Shown in pieces: positions 1 to 13,889 of a DNA stretch of 64,000 nucleotides. The notes under the pieces were generated by a model that saw only the letters and a program-made list of their open reading frames with translations, had not been told where the DNA came from and did not search any database. Source of the stretch: Octopus vulgaris (Eukaryota). Position 1 is the stretch's first letter. The number at the start of each line of letters is the position of its first letter. Position numbers and translations under genes: made by a program. The stretch covers positions 8,556,001-8,620,000 of the forward strand of contig OX597827.1 of assembly GCA_951406725.2 (NCBI GenBank). Direction: 5' to 3'.

Positions 1-55
<55 letters not shown>

Positions 56-243
56 TATATGTCTGTGTAAATGTGTGTGTGTGTGTATGTGTACTCTATA
101 GACAGAAAAAAGGAGCCAACACTATAGGCATATTTTTACCCAATTTTCTAAAGCTATTCTCATGGCTGTTCTCCTGCATTGAAAATTTTCTAAAATTTCT
201 AAAAGTATGCCAACTCACTTGACACTTAATACTTGCTTGTATA

Positions 244-955
244 TCTTTTATGTTTCAGCCATTTGACTATGGCCATGATGGAGCACCACCCTGAAGAGCC
301 TTTACTTGAATAAATCGACCCCAGTACTTATTTCTTTTAGATTTTAAGCCTGGTACTTATTCTACCGGTCACTTTTTGCCAGACTGCTTAGTTACAGGGA
401 TGTAAACAAACCAATACCAGTTGCAAAGCAGTGGTGGGGACAAACACAGACACAAGTACACATACACGCACACATACACACACACACATTCACACAGATA
501 TGTGTAGCCACTATATCTTTTTGTATTTCCTCTCCATTTATTTCTGTGTTCCTTTCTGTCGAAGAGCAAAGGCTCGAAACATAAAAGACTTTCTCACTTC
601 CCGAGCATTAAACTAAAACATCTGTTTGTTCTTTACACACTTGTCTTCATCTTTTATTTTTTTGTAAATTCTCACTATATATATATATCATTTGCTAAAT
701 TTTCTTGAGAACATTCCCTTCTTAGGGGTAAGACCATAGCGTATCTATTTCTAGCATAATGAATGTCTACGTAGTGGTCATCCCTCTTATATGTATGTAA
801 TATATATATATATATGATGAGCTTCTTTCAGTTTCCATCTACCAAATCCACTCACAAGGCTTTATAATTGACCCAAGGCTGTAGTAGGAGACACTTATTC
901 AAGGTGTCATGCAGTGGGACTGAACCCGGAACCATGTGGTTGGGAAGCAAGCCTA
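244..955 (-). mobile_element. SINE family A, interrupted and degenerate copy
   Basis: 3' half at 244-490 and 5' half at ~816-955, separated by inserts. Confidence 0.7.
512..690 (+). mobile_element. Short TA-associated repeat with hammerhead-like fold (copy 1)
   Basis: 552-587 cttt-CTGTCGAA-gagc-aaag-gctc-GAAA-ca-TA-aaag; homologous to 27313-27412 (+) and 53059-53213 (-). Confidence 0.5.
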
Positions 956-1037
956 TAGGGTATAGAAGTGTTGAGGCTCTTTTTTGTAACGAATAGAGCC
1001 AGCTTGTGATAGAACCAGACTGAAGAAGTTAAGGTCA

Positions 1038-1434
1038 TCTTTATATATAAAAGAGAGGTTGTGTGTCTGTCTCCTACGATTTAGATTCCTAACTACTCCC
1101 ACATTTTGCGGTGCAGTTTAACCAAAACCGGGCATCTTATAGTCGTGATTCATATCGAGCCCTTCTGGGTATTAGTGTGCATCTACGATGAGTCTAAGAT
1201 TTTTAAAAAATTTACCATAATTTTTTCCCATTTTTAATGCATTTTTTTGCTATTATATAAGGGAAGTAACTCTCTAAAAATTTATTATTAAATCTAAGAA
1301 CGTAAAAAGCTACAGTAAGACCCCCCCCCTTTGTGGTTAACCATATTGAGATGGCTATTATACTTTACATCTCTAAAAATGCTTATATAGTTATTTCCCT
1401 TACAAGCCCGAGCAACGCCGGGTGATACTGCTAG
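1038..1434 (+). mobile_element. Non-autonomous Helitron
   Basis: A|TC 5' end, (TGTC) microsatellite near the 5' end, 3' hairpin cccgagcaacgccggg, CTAG|T terminus, no TSD. Confidence 0.8.
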
Positions 1435-1554
1435 TATATAATAAGAATGCTAGACTTTTGTGAAAGAACCAAATTGAAGAAACAGTGAGGTCAGATAATA
1501 AGAATGCTGGTTTTCACAGATGAGGCGATGCAAATTCAAGACATTTGCTTATCA

Positions 1555-2002
1555 TGGTATGGTGATGACGATGGTGGTAGTAATAGTGATTGTGGTAGTG
1601 TGGGGTAGTGGTGGTGGTCGATAGTGGTAGAGAGGGATAGTGGTGGTGGTGGTGGGGGATAGTGGTGGGGTGGGATAGTGGTGGTGGTGCGGTGGATAAT
1701 AGTAGTGGTAGCAGTGGTGGTGATGGTGGTGGATAATAGTAGTGGTAGCAGTGGTGGTGATGGTGGTGGCAGTGGCCATGGTGGTGGTGTTGGTGGGTGG
1801 TGGTGGTGGTGTGGGATAGTGGTGGGTTGGGATACTGGTGGTGGTGGGGTGGATAATAGTAGTGGTGGCAGTGGTGGTGGTGGTGGTGGTGGTGGTGGCG
1901 GCGGTGGTGGTGGTGGTGGTGACAGTGGTAGTGGTGGTGGTGGTGGTGGTGATGATGACGATAACAAAGAAATAACAACAACGACGACGACGATGATGAT
2001 GA
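1555..2002. repeat. Compound (GGT)n trinucleotide repeat
   Basis: (GGT)n with AGT/GAT interruptions; source of the poly-H/P/T/G ORFs. Confidence 0.95.
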
Positions 2003-2539
2003 ATGTTACTCATCCTTTCTTTCTCTTTTGGTTTCACTCTTGGCGAAATGATTAATAAAATGATAGAGAAATAGACAGACAACAGGCAACAGATATATAT
2101 ATATATATATATATATATCAAGAGACAGACAAATGGAAATTAGTATTAGTTGAGGTGTAATTGCTGCACAGTTAAGATGTTTCAATACTGATCGGAAGGT
2201 CGTAGTTCAGACATAACCAGAAAGTTGTGCCTGTAGTGAAATCACATCATACCACAGTCTTACTTCAGCTCTGATACACCAATGAATATAAATATTGCTT
2301 CGTCGTTCATGGCTGAGTGATTTTTAACTGGAAGGGAATTCTACTCTACAATATAATTGCTCCTACAATTTAAATGTTTTACAGTTTCGTGTTTATGTTT
2401 GTGTATGATTTAGTGTCTGCGTACGTGCAGAGTATATATTTTCTCATTAGTTGAACATTATACATTTATATTTATGATGGAAGTGTATAGAATAGTGTGT
2501 CACTTATGAGTATATGATAATTAGTATAGCAGCTGTATA

Positions 2540-2939
2540 TCTTTATATATAAAAGAGAGGTTGTGTGTCTGTCTGTCTCCTACGATTTAGATTCCTAACT
2601 ACTCCCACATTTTGCGGTGCAGTTTAACCAAAAGCGAGTATCTTATAGGCGTGATTCATATCGAGCCCTTCTGGGTATTAGCACGCATCTACGATGAATC
2701 TACGATTTAAAAAAAAATTACCATCATTTTTTCCATTTTAATGCATTTTTTTCGCTATTATATGAGGGAAGTAACTCTCTAAAAATGTCTACGATGAGTC
2801 AACGATTTAAAAAAAATTTACCATAATTATTTTTCCATTTTTAATGCACTTTTTTGCTATTTTTTGGCTATAACTCTCTAAAAATGCTTATATAGTTATT
2901 TCCCTTACAAACCCGAGCAACGCCGGGCGATACTGCTAA
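2540..2939 (+). mobile_element. Non-autonomous Helitron (same family as 1038-1434)
   Basis: Same 5' TCTTTATATATAAAAGAGAGG, same 3' hairpin, CTAA|T end; carries an internal duplication where copy 1 has a different block. Confidence 0.8.
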
Positions 2940-3457
2940 TATATATATATATATAGTAGACACATCATACATAGATATTTAATTACTGTGTTTATTCTGG
3001 TTTTAGAATAAGTAAGCTGTGTTTCTATGTATTCTAAGAGGTGGTTGAAAAGGCTGGCAACAAGAAAGACACCATAAAAGATTGCCTTATAAAATAGGAA
3101 CCAGGATGACTATGAAACTGTCGTGGAGGCTTGTCAAAACTAACCTCACCACTTTAGCGAGGAAAACAGCCTAAACATTCAGAAGACACAGAGATAGTTG
3201 AAAAGGGAAGGAGGGGCGCGGAGACCATAAACATCTGAAAATAAAGCCTAGTAAAAGTGGCATCAGAAAACCACAAAGGAAGGTGATTCGGTAATATTCA
3301 GGAATGAACGGGGGAGGAAGATAATGGAAAGCATGAGGCTGGTTAATGACCAGGAAATATGGATGGAGGAGACTGAGCCTCTTGCTGTTTAAGTACAGCC
3401 GCACTATTTCACAGATGTTGATTGATTCCCACATTAAATAATATTTGGCGTAACTCA

Positions 3458-3872
3458 TTTACTCTTTTACTTGTTTCAGTCATCTGACTGCGGCCATGCT
3501 GGAGCACCACCTTTAGTCGAGCAAATCGACCCCGGGACTTATTCTTTTTGTAAGCCCAGTACTTATTCTATCGGTTTCTTTTGCCGAACCGCTAAGTGAC
3601 GGGGACGTAAACACACACCAGCATCGGTTGTCAAGCAATGCTAGGGGGACAAACACACACACACAAACATATACACACACACATACATACATATACATAT
3701 GCATATATACGACGGGCTTCTTTCAGTTTCCGTCTACCAAATCCACTCACAAGGCATTGGTCGGCCCGGGGCTATAGCAGAAGACACTTGCCCAAGATGC
3801 CACGCAGTGGGACTGAACCCGGAACCATGTGGTTGGTTAGCAAGCTACTTACCACACAGCCACTCCTGTGCC
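3458..3872 (-). mobile_element. SINE family A (tRNA head, CORE-like ccttgggcaagt block, internal microsatellite, (GTAAAAGA)n tail)
   Basis: Pol III A box TGGCTGTGTGG and B box GGTTCAGTCC; near-identical to many copies in the window. Confidence 0.9.
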
Positions 3873-4451
3873 TACTGAGAATACTTCTCAGTTTAATTAT
3901 TTTGCTTAAGTAACAAACTTTCCTATAGATGTCACTAAGGTATAAATTTATATCTCATGGTGCTGCACGTTTTACAATCCCGGTTAAATTTTATTTTTAT
4001 TACATTGGTCAAGGAATAGAAGCTGCATCCATTCTCTTATTAGGCCTTCTCTGACTAAATGAGATCATTTTTGTTGTTTTTGCTGTTCTGATGAAGATCA
4101 ATTCTGATCCATCAGAATTAAGATCAATAGCATTTGAACCTTGCCTATTATGTCTTCTGTCTTTCCCTTGAGTATTATGTATCTAGATATCATTCCGCGT
4201 GTCTTCCTTTTTTAATACAGCGGGGTGTAATTTGGGAAAGATTTGGCAGGTACTTATGGCAGATCAAATGACCACAAAAGGGCTCTCATATTTAGTGTTC
4301 TCATTTAACCCCAAGATCCACATCAGCCCTGACCGAAGCATCTAAGCTTTATGAAGTAAAGAATTCAAGCTATGACCATCCTGCCTTTTATTCAGACACA
4401 GCAAAAATTATGGACAAATTAATCAGTATGTCCCTTTAGTTAAAGATATTA

Positions 4452-4868
4452 GGCGCAGGAGTGGCTGTGTGGTATGTAGCTTGCTTACCAATCACATGGT
4501 TCCGGGTTCAGTCCCACTGTGTGGCACCTTGGGCAAGTGTCTTCTACTATAGCCTCAGGCCGACCAAAGCCTTGTGAGTGGATTTGGTAGACGGAAACTG
4601 AAAAGAAGCCCGTCGTATATATGTATATATGTGTATGTATATATATGTGTGTGTGTGTTTGTGTGTCTGTGTTTTTCTCCCCAACATCGCTTGACAACAG
4701 ATGTTTGTGTGTTTATATCCCCCGTAACTTAGCAGTTCGACAAAAGAGACCGATAGAATAAGTACTAGGCTTACAAAGAATAAGTACTGGGATCGATTTG
4801 CTCGACTAAAGGCGGTGCTCCAGCATGGCCACAGTCAAATGACTGAAACCAGTAAAAGAGTAAAAGAG
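4452..4868 (+). mobile_element. SINE family A
   Basis: ggcgcaggagtggctgtgtgg...ggttcagtccc...ccttgggcaagtg...aagtaaaagagtaaaagag. Confidence 0.9.
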
Positions 4869-6109
4869 TAGTTACTGGAGAGGGACTATGCTTCTATTTT
4901 TAGCAGATTGAATAAATATGCAAAGGTTCCACCCAATGTAGTTCACAAGCAGCTTCAATAAATTGATGTCCAGCTGTAAAATATGGTATAGTAGAGAGAA
5001 TATTACAGAAAGCTGCTGTTCTGAAGAGAAGAGATTGGCCAGTAGAGATTGGTTTTGCAGATGAGACAGAGTGGGATTGAATGATGAAAAAGGGAGAGGC
5101 AAATATAATAGATGGACTTTAAGGAAAGTGGTATTCAGTCAGTATATTAATTTAAAGAATTAGGGAACCATTGTTGTGGCAGAAGGGATATATGTATATG
5201 TATGTATGTGTGTGTGTGTATGTATAATCTCACACAGATACATCATCATCATCACATATATTATATATATGCATATATATACATATATATGTATATATAT
5301 ATAATACATACATATGTATGTAAATATATACAATATATATGCATACATACATGTATATGTGTGTGAGAGAGATATAGCTATATATACACACAGAAACACT
5401 CATTAGAGAGAGAGACAGAGACAGAGACAGACAGATAGATAGCACATGGTTGAAGCAGTAAGTGGCTGCATGTTTGTTGAATGAAGGTTTGCTAATCAGA
5501 TGGATAGCTAATTATTTGATGAGAGAGAGAGGAGTTCCAATTTAAAGTGTTTGCATTAGGCAGCTGCTCCACTCTCTGGTGGGAGCTTTCACTTGTGCTT
5601 TTTGTACAAACCCCGCCAACTGATTTAGGGTTGGGTTGAAGTACTTCCTAACCCCTGAAATGCAAATCCTCATAGACTCTAAGGATTTATCTCATAAAAG
5701 AAAAAATGAGGAAACAAACAAATGGAAGAATTTAAGAAGAGATAATTATGATTTTTTTTTTTTTTTTTTTTTGGTTTTCTTATTCGAAAGACTCTGCAAA
5801 GGATGTTAACTCTGAATCACATATATCTAATCAAATATATTATATACATTATATACATAGATCAATGATGTAGACTAATGTCTGGCATAACAAAATTAGA
5901 GTTGGAAATCTCATCCCTTTTTTTCTTAGAATTTCACAGGATTTGAATTGAGTGACAAATAGTGACATAACGAAGATCCGTGTTCTTTAGTTACCTTTTG
6001 ATTATAATGGGCGAGACCATAATGGAGCATTGCTTTCGTGTAGTCTTGTAATAGACATTTGGATTAAAACATGTTGATGTATAAGTATTGAAATACTTCA
6101 TGTTCCTCT

Positions 6110-6149
<40 letters not shown>

Positions 6150-6415
6150 AACACACATACACAGACTCACACACATGCACATACACACAAACATATGCAC
6201 ACATACATAAATACTTAAATACACACATGTGTGTGTCTGTGTGTATTTATACATGCACATGCATATATACATTTACAGAGAGGGAGAGAGAGGGTAGGGG
6301 GAGGGAGGGAGGGAGAGGGGAGGGAGAGAGAGGTGAGAGAGAGATTCCTTGATAGATATATACACATACATCTATACTCAGTTATTTATATCCCAATCTA
6401 TTCTATCTTCCTATA

Positions 6416-6471
<56 letters not shown>

Positions 6472-6534
6472 TATATATATGCATTTATGCATGTATGTAT
6501 ACACACACATATATATATAATAAATAAATAAATA

Positions 6535-6659
<125 letters not shown>

Positions 6660-7112
6660 AAGATAGAGGAGAGAGAGAGAGACACATAGCATTAGCAATA
6701 TAAAAGGTATGAACTGACTACAAACAAGAGCGAAGACTAGGTTGTTATTTGTCATGGAGAGCTTGGTTACATTTTTTTTTTCTGTAAGTTACTCAACTTA
6801 TCAAGAATATCTATTTTTGTTTGCTTCACTTCCATAGAATTTTGCAGTCATTAACCCATTTGATACAAACCGGTCTGAAACCAGCTTATTTTCTCTGATA
6901 CAAATTCCTTGTTTTAAAAGGATCTAAGTGAAAAACCCTTCATCAAATTTTAACACCAACTTAATATTGGTTTTAAATTTTGATATAAGGCCAGAAAGTT
7001 TCAGTGGGGTGGGTATGAATCGATTTTCCTGACTCTGACCCCAGTGTTCGACTGGTACTCATTTTATCAACCCTGAAGGAATAAAAGACAGTGTCAACCT
7101 TGGTGGAATTTG

Positions 7113-7526
7113 AACTCTTTTACTCTTTTACTCTTTTACTTGTATCAGTCATTTGACTGTGGCCATGCTGGAGCACCACCTTTAGTCGAGCAAATTGACC
7201 TCAGGACTTATTCTTTGTAAGCCTAGTACTTATTCTATTGGTCTCTTTTGCTGAACCACTAAGTTACGGGGATGCAAACACACCAGCATCAGTTGTCAAG
7301 CGATGCTAGGGAAACAAACACAGACACACAAACACACACACACACACATATATATACATATATATGACGGGCTTCTTTCAGTCTCCGTCTACCAAATCCA
7401 CTCACATGGCTTTGGTCGGCCCAAGACCTAAGGCTATAGTAGAAGACACTTTCCCAAGGTGCCACGCAGTGTCACTGAACCTGGAACCATGTGGTTGGTA
7501 AGCAAGCTACTTACCACACAGCCACT
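7113..7526 (-). mobile_element. SINE family A nested in a family-B-like SINE (~6970-7600)
   Basis: Family A sequence splits gaatttgaactc | ...aaagacagatgaaatgctgctaggcatttcg. Confidence 0.85.
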
Positions 7527-7929
7527 AAAAATCTAAAGACAGATGAAATGCTGCTAGGCATTTCGTCCAGCATGCAAACAATTCTGCTAGTTTGCTGTCT
7601 TACATCAGGTCGACACTGATTTCAAATTTTGGCACAAGACCAGCAATTTTAGGGGTGGGGGATAAGTGAACTACATCAACCCCAGAGGTACTTACTGGTA
7701 CTTACTTTATCAACCCTGAAAGGGTGGAATGCAGAAAAGAACCTCAGCAGAATTTGTGCACAGAACACGAACACAGACAAAATGCCGCTAACCTTTCTGT
7801 CCAACATGCCAACAATTCTGCCAACTCACTCAGTCATACCAGCTTAATATTGATAGTTATTTCAATAAATTCTTCATTATTTTCAAGACTAATGAAACAA
7901 AAGCAGTATATTTCAGCATTAGTATGGTT

Positions 7930-8272
7930 ATCAGGTCAGGTCAGGACCCCCTTCGGTCATGACACTGACCATGGGATTGCACCTAGAAAGCTACCCACCT
8001 AGTCACAAGTCTGGGCAAGGTGGTTTATGGAAGACCAGCAGTTGCCCATGCATACTGGCCTCTCCTCTCCATGCCACCAGTGTTATCCAAGGGAAAGGCA
8101 AAGGGGCTGATACAGCTTGGCACCCGTGACATCGCAACTCATTTCTACAGCTGAGTTAACTGGAGCAACGTGAAATAAAGTGTCTTGCTCAAGAACACAA
8201 CACGCAGCCCAGTCCGGGATTCGATCTCACAACCTCACGGTCGTAGGCTCGATGCTCTAACCACTGAGCCAT
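7930..8272 (-). mobile_element. SINE family D (tRNA head, CORE-like ttgagcaagacactt block)
   Basis: A box TGGCTCAGTGG, B-box-like GAGATCGAATCC, (CCTGA)n tail. Confidence 0.75.
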
Positions 8273-9318
8273 GGTTATAAAGTGGTGTAAACAATGGGAA
8301 TTGTGTCAATAATCAGATTGCAGCAGATGAGCAACAATTTCAACATTTTATAAAATAAATGAGAATGGAATATAATAGTTTTTTGTGTGGTTTAACATTT
8401 TTCTTACCACATTTCTGTTGAGATTCTGTCTTTGTTTCAATTAATTTTAAATACAATAAAGAATTTAGTAAAATAACTTTGCTATTATTAAGGTTGTGTT
8501 AAGAGCATAAATTACCACAACATTTACCAGGACAGGATAATGGGCAAGGCCACAAATTCTTGAGGTGAGAGAACAAGTCAATTATATTGATCCCAGCACT
8601 TGACTGGTACTTATTGACAAACCCAAAGGGATGAAAAGCAAAGTTTCCCTCAATGGGATTTGAACTCACCCATAAAGAGCCAGAAAAAATGTTTTTCAGA
8701 ATTTTGCCTCACATGCTAATGATTCCACCAGCTTGTTGCCTTCACTGTACAAGTACAACTTCAACATAAATCTATTTTATATATTTATTATTACTCCTGT
8801 TACTCACTGTCTTCCACTCTTCTACATCTCTCTATCATCTCCTCCAGCTCATAGCTCTTGTCTCATCCTTCCAGAAGCCCTACCTGTTTTGGCTGTCTCC
8901 ACCCCACCCCACCCATTTCTCATTCACTTTCCCATAACAATCTTACAAACCCACCCAACCACTTCGATCCACCTCATGCTCTGTGGAGCTTTTGGAGGTA
9001 TCCAGGCTGCTTGTAGAGCAACCTGAGTACATTGTTTTACACCAATTTATTCATTTGGAATAATACCAATGATATCTTCGAAACTTGTGTCGGAAGTAAA
9101 AAAATTTGAATAACACTTCCATTTAACTCCATTTATTTATTTATATATATCATACAAAATATTTCACGTAAACTCGACGTTTCTACCTTTAAAAACAAGG
9201 AATTATGCCCTTTTTACCTGTGTGATTTTTTTGCTACCCTGATAACTATCTACTTTTTCCATGTTAATTGTAAACAAGGGAAAAATACACACATCTATCT
9301 ATCTATCTATCTATCTAT

Positions 9319-9406
<88 letters not shown>

Positions 9407-10304
9407 ACTCTGTGACAATTTAAACAGAATTTTGCCACTGTCTATGGCAAACCGCATTAGACGTTTTTCCTCCAAGGTCAGACATCTAAATAGTTTTTGG
9501 TCACATTTGCCCTTCTATAGATTTACTAAATCCTACCACAGAGCCAGGACTACTTGCTCATCTAGAAATCTTATAGGAATTAATGATGAAAACCTTACTT
9601 AGATAAGAATTGTGTAAAGAAAAAAAGAAAGCATAAACTATAATTTTAATTTTGTTTCTGATAAGAAGAATGTTTAGTCTTCGCTACATCTGCTCTGAAT
9701 CAAACCACTGAAAAATATTTACATGTCAAATATTTATCTGTTAAGTGCATCTAACAGAGATAAAGTTTATACTGATACAGTAAATATTAAGTTAGATGTA
9801 AAGTTTATACCGATACAGTAAATATTAAGTTAGCTTTGCGTTCAATGTCACATTTGTAATCACATTAAGCTGAGAAAATAACAGGTTTGATAAACTTCCA
9901 ATAAACAAATTCAAGAAAATCTTATGTCTGTACATGTATAAGCCAACAAAGAACCCCCCTGTGGTTGCTTGACAGGTTAGAAATAACAGCCAAAATCTCC
10001 TTCAAACCAAACCTTACAGATAAATCCAAGAAATTCGGTTGAGAGTAAATAATATAAATTTTGTCCTATTGTAAAAACATTATGTTTCAGATGCAATAAC
10101 CTTGTTATTAATATTTGTAGGGGGATGGATGGTGTTAGCTAAATTAAATTGTAACATTATGTAGTAATAGATATATGATAATTGCATACACTGAGAGAGG
10201 GAGAGAGAGAGAGAGAGAAAGAGAGACTGGATGACCATCAATGAATGCTTTTTCCTCATTGGTTTTCATAGTCAGGGTTGACCTAGGGCTAAACAGCAAC
10301 TTAT

Positions 10305-10705
10305 AGGTGCAGAAACATGGCTGTGTGGTTAAGAAGCTCACTTTGCAACCATGAAGTTTCAGGTTTGGTTCCACTAAGCAGCACCTTGGGCAAGTATTTC
10401 CTACCACAGTCATAGCATAACCAATACCTTGTGAATGAATTTTGTAGACAGAAACTGTAAGGAAGCATGTTGTACAGGTGTTTGTGTGTTTGTTCTTTTT
10501 GTATGTGATTCTCCCTCAAACCACTTGCCAACTGATGTTAGTTTGTTTACATTCCAGTGACTTAGCAGTTTGACACAAGAGACCAAAAGAATAAGTACCG
10601 GACTATAAAAAATTAGTACTGGAATCAATTTGTTTGTCTATACCTTTCAAGACTTTGTCCTAGCATGGTCACAGTCCAAAGACTGAAACAAATAAAAGAT
10701 AAAAG
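10305..10705 (+). mobile_element. SINE family A, old divergent copy
   Basis: atggctgtgtggttaag...ccttgggcaagt...gactgaaacaaataaaag. Confidence 0.7.
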
Positions 10706-10819
10706 AACTGCAACTTAACGTCATTCAGTCTATTTGCTGAGGAGGTGTAATAAGACAGAAATATGCCCAGACTTGTTATAATGCTTGCCAACAATCAGAC
10801 TCACTGCATGACTAAGCAC

Positions 10820-11385
10820 CAGTGATGTACCTAGGGTAAGTCATGCCCAGGGCAAGACACAAAAATGTCCCCTCCGCAATTACAAAATCGACACTATTAT
10901 ATAGTATTTATTTGTTACAAGCAATATTTTAGGATTACTTTACCAGGGTTCATTTACCTGCCCTTCAGTACAGCCTGTTATTCAAAATATATTTTTTGAA
11001 TACTCTTTTACTCTTTTACTTGTTTCAGTCATTTGACTGCGGCCATGCTGGAGCACCGCCTTTAGTCAAGCAAATCGACCCCGGGACTTATTCTTTGTAA
11101 GCCCAGTACTTATTCTATCAGTCTCTTTTGCCGAACCGCTAAGTGATGGGGATGTAAACACACCAAATCCACTCACAAAGCATTGGTCGGCCCGGGGCTA
11201 TAGCACAAGACACTTGCCCAAGATGCCACGCAGTGGGACTGAACCCGGAACCATGTGGTTGGTTAACTTTTATAAATTCTAGAAATGGAATTCAAACTTA
11301 TCGCATTATGGTCAATTCTGCACCCCACTTCAATTGGTGCCCGGGGCATGTTCCCACCTTCCCCCCACCCCTGGTTATGCTACTG
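10820..11385. mobile_element. hAT-type MITE with a nested SINE
   Basis: Imperfect TIRs cagtgatgtacctaggg / ccctggttatgctactg; 8-bp TSD ctaagcac (10812-10819) / ctcagcac (11386-11393). Confidence 0.7.
11001..11265 (-). mobile_element. SINE family A with internal deletion, nested in the hAT MITE
   Basis: Joins gtaaacacacca directly to aatccactcac (ACCA microhomology), removing the microsatellite block. Confidence 0.85.
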
Positions 11386-11794
11386 CTCAGCACATTCAAT
11401 TTTTAATCAATTTAGATCCTAGAGTTGTCTTCCTTGCCTTTTATGACAAGAATTATAATTAACACTAGTAATTTTTCTCTTCATTATATGTGTAATTTTA
11501 ATTGATTAATAATATTTTTGTTCTCAATAACTATATTAAGCATGTAAGTATGCTAATTCTTATCTATCTACTCATTTTTCAAGCCACCTATGGAATTGAT
11601 ATCACTTAGTATTGTCTTGTATTGTCCTTAGTATATTATGCATGCATGAGTATACATGTGTGTGTATGTTTGCGTGTGTGTAGGTGTGTGTGTATATCTA
11701 TATCTATCTATCTATCTATATATATATATATATGTGTGTGTGTGTATGTGTCTGTACATACAGATATATATAATTGTATGTATGTATGTAAGTA

Positions 11795-11825
<31 letters not shown>

Positions 11826-11885
11826 GCATACATATATATACATATACATATATATACATATATATATGTATACATACATACATAA

Positions 11886-12042
<157 letters not shown>

Positions 12043-12957
12043 CATATATATATTACTACTTGTCCTTGACAACCTTTATGCTTCCTTTGCTTCTGCACAT
12101 GCTATCTCTTCTTTTATTTTTTTTTTCCTTTTGTCTTCACTGCTTTTTCAAGAATGTCAGCTAAGATATATATATATACAACGTGTTCTTCTTCTTTCCT
12201 TCTTTTCATTTATTGAGAAAAATATTGTAAAGCAAAAAAAGATGTGCCAGGTATTGCTAAGCCTCTTCTTCGTGGTGGTCCATGGCCTTTGCCAAGTCAG
12301 CGCTACGTACTTTAAGTCAATGACGGCCTTTTTTGCTTTAGCATTGATAGCTTTTGCGGGACTGATGCCAGCTGTGTCACTGCCTACTCTTAGGATATTT
12401 TGCAACTTCAAAAAGCTTGGCCTCAAGCACAAATAGATTCTTCCATAACAGATATTGCAGAGCAACTAAATATCTAGTAATGCATATTGCCTTATCGATG
12501 CTGTTTACATTGATTTATGATGAATGATAGGGAAGGAAAATATTGCAATAAATATATTTTCTTAGACAAAGTAAACACTGTTTATAATTTGAACCAATAA
12601 ACTATATCTTAATGTATGCAAACATATGTTCCTATCATTGATGTTATTCCTACTACTGTTGAAGATGACGATGGTGGTGATGGTAGTGGTGGCAATAAAG
12701 GTGATGACAGTCATGTAAATGAGAAGTAAGATTATAAATAAGAAGAAAGAATCGGTAAGGAATGCAAGGAGAAATTTTGTTATTATTATTATTATTATTA
12801 TTATATGACAATATTTTAGTGATGGCCATAGAGACAAATTTCTGATTACATTACACAGATGTATGAAAGAACATAAAAATATATTTCAAGAAATAAATGC
12901 TGACAGTTAGAAAGAATATATAAGATTTTAAATGAAAATTAAATTTTCAAGAAAATC

Positions 12958-12991
<34 letters not shown>

Positions 12992-13057
12992 ATATAGATA
13001 TATATATATATGTATGTATGTATGTATGTATATAGATAATGTGTATATACATGTATG

Positions 13058-13105
<48 letters not shown>

Positions 13106-13143
13106 TAGATAGATAGATAGATAGATAGATATAGATATGTATG

Positions 13144-13179
<36 letters not shown>

Positions 13180-13475
13180 AGCACAGTAAAAGCAATGAGG
13201 CTAGCAACATATGTTATACTAATTAACATTTAAACATCTTTTGATTTATAACTGACTGTTAAAGTGGAACATATTTAATTAGATAGCTGGCTTAATCACC
13301 ATAACTTTATAATTATATTTGAATCTCTAACGAGCAACAAACAGTGTATGAGCCAAAGTTACTCTTTTCCAAGGGAATAAAGTAATTTTGTGATCTCATT
13401 GCTGTAGTAAATAACCCTTTTACCACAAAAAAAATCTATTCCCTACCACAAAGATAAAAAATATATATCCATACA

Positions 13476-13889
13476 GGCGCAGGAGTGGCTGTGTGGTAAG
13501 TAGCTTGTTTACCAACCACATGGTTTCGGGTTCAGTCCCACTGCGTGGCACCTTGGGCAAGTGTCTTCTACTATAGCCTCAGGCCGACGAAAGCCTTGTG
13601 AGTGGATTTGGTAGACAGAAACTGAAAGAAGCCCGTCGTATATATGTATATATATGCGTGTGTGTGTTTGTGTGTCTGTGTTTGTCCCCCTAGCATTGCT
13701 TGACAACCGATGCTGGTGTGTTTACGTCCCCGTTACTTAGCGGTTCGGCAAAAGAGACCGATAGAATAAGTACTGGGCTTACAAAAAGAATAAGTCCTGA
13801 GGTCGAGTTGCTCGATTAAAGGCGGTGCCCAGCATGGCCGCAGTCAAATTGACTGAAACAAGTAAAAGAGTAAAAAGAGTAAAAAGAGT
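13476..13889 (+). mobile_element. SINE family A
   Basis: Full-length head, body and tail. Confidence 0.9.

Noticed and set aside
1514-2121. Poly-His/Pro/Thr/Gly ORFs
   Set aside because: Translations of a (GGT)n microsatellite that is open in several frames.
3171-3458. 95-aa ORF (also 4872..5102)
   Set aside because: Faint resemblance to decayed CR1-type LINE sequence only; not a gene and too weak to call.
4081-4132. CTGATGA followed by a hairpin
   Set aside because: No GAAA or cleavage triplet; at most a deleted remnant.
9761-9834. Short tandem duplications (38 bp here, 26 bp at ~18331-18382)
   Set aside because: Ordinary slippage duplications.
12131-12465. Overlapping ORFs in unique, GC-richer DNA as a candidate downstream protocadherin exon
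   Set aside because: No convincing acceptor/donor pair or recognisable motif; left unassigned.
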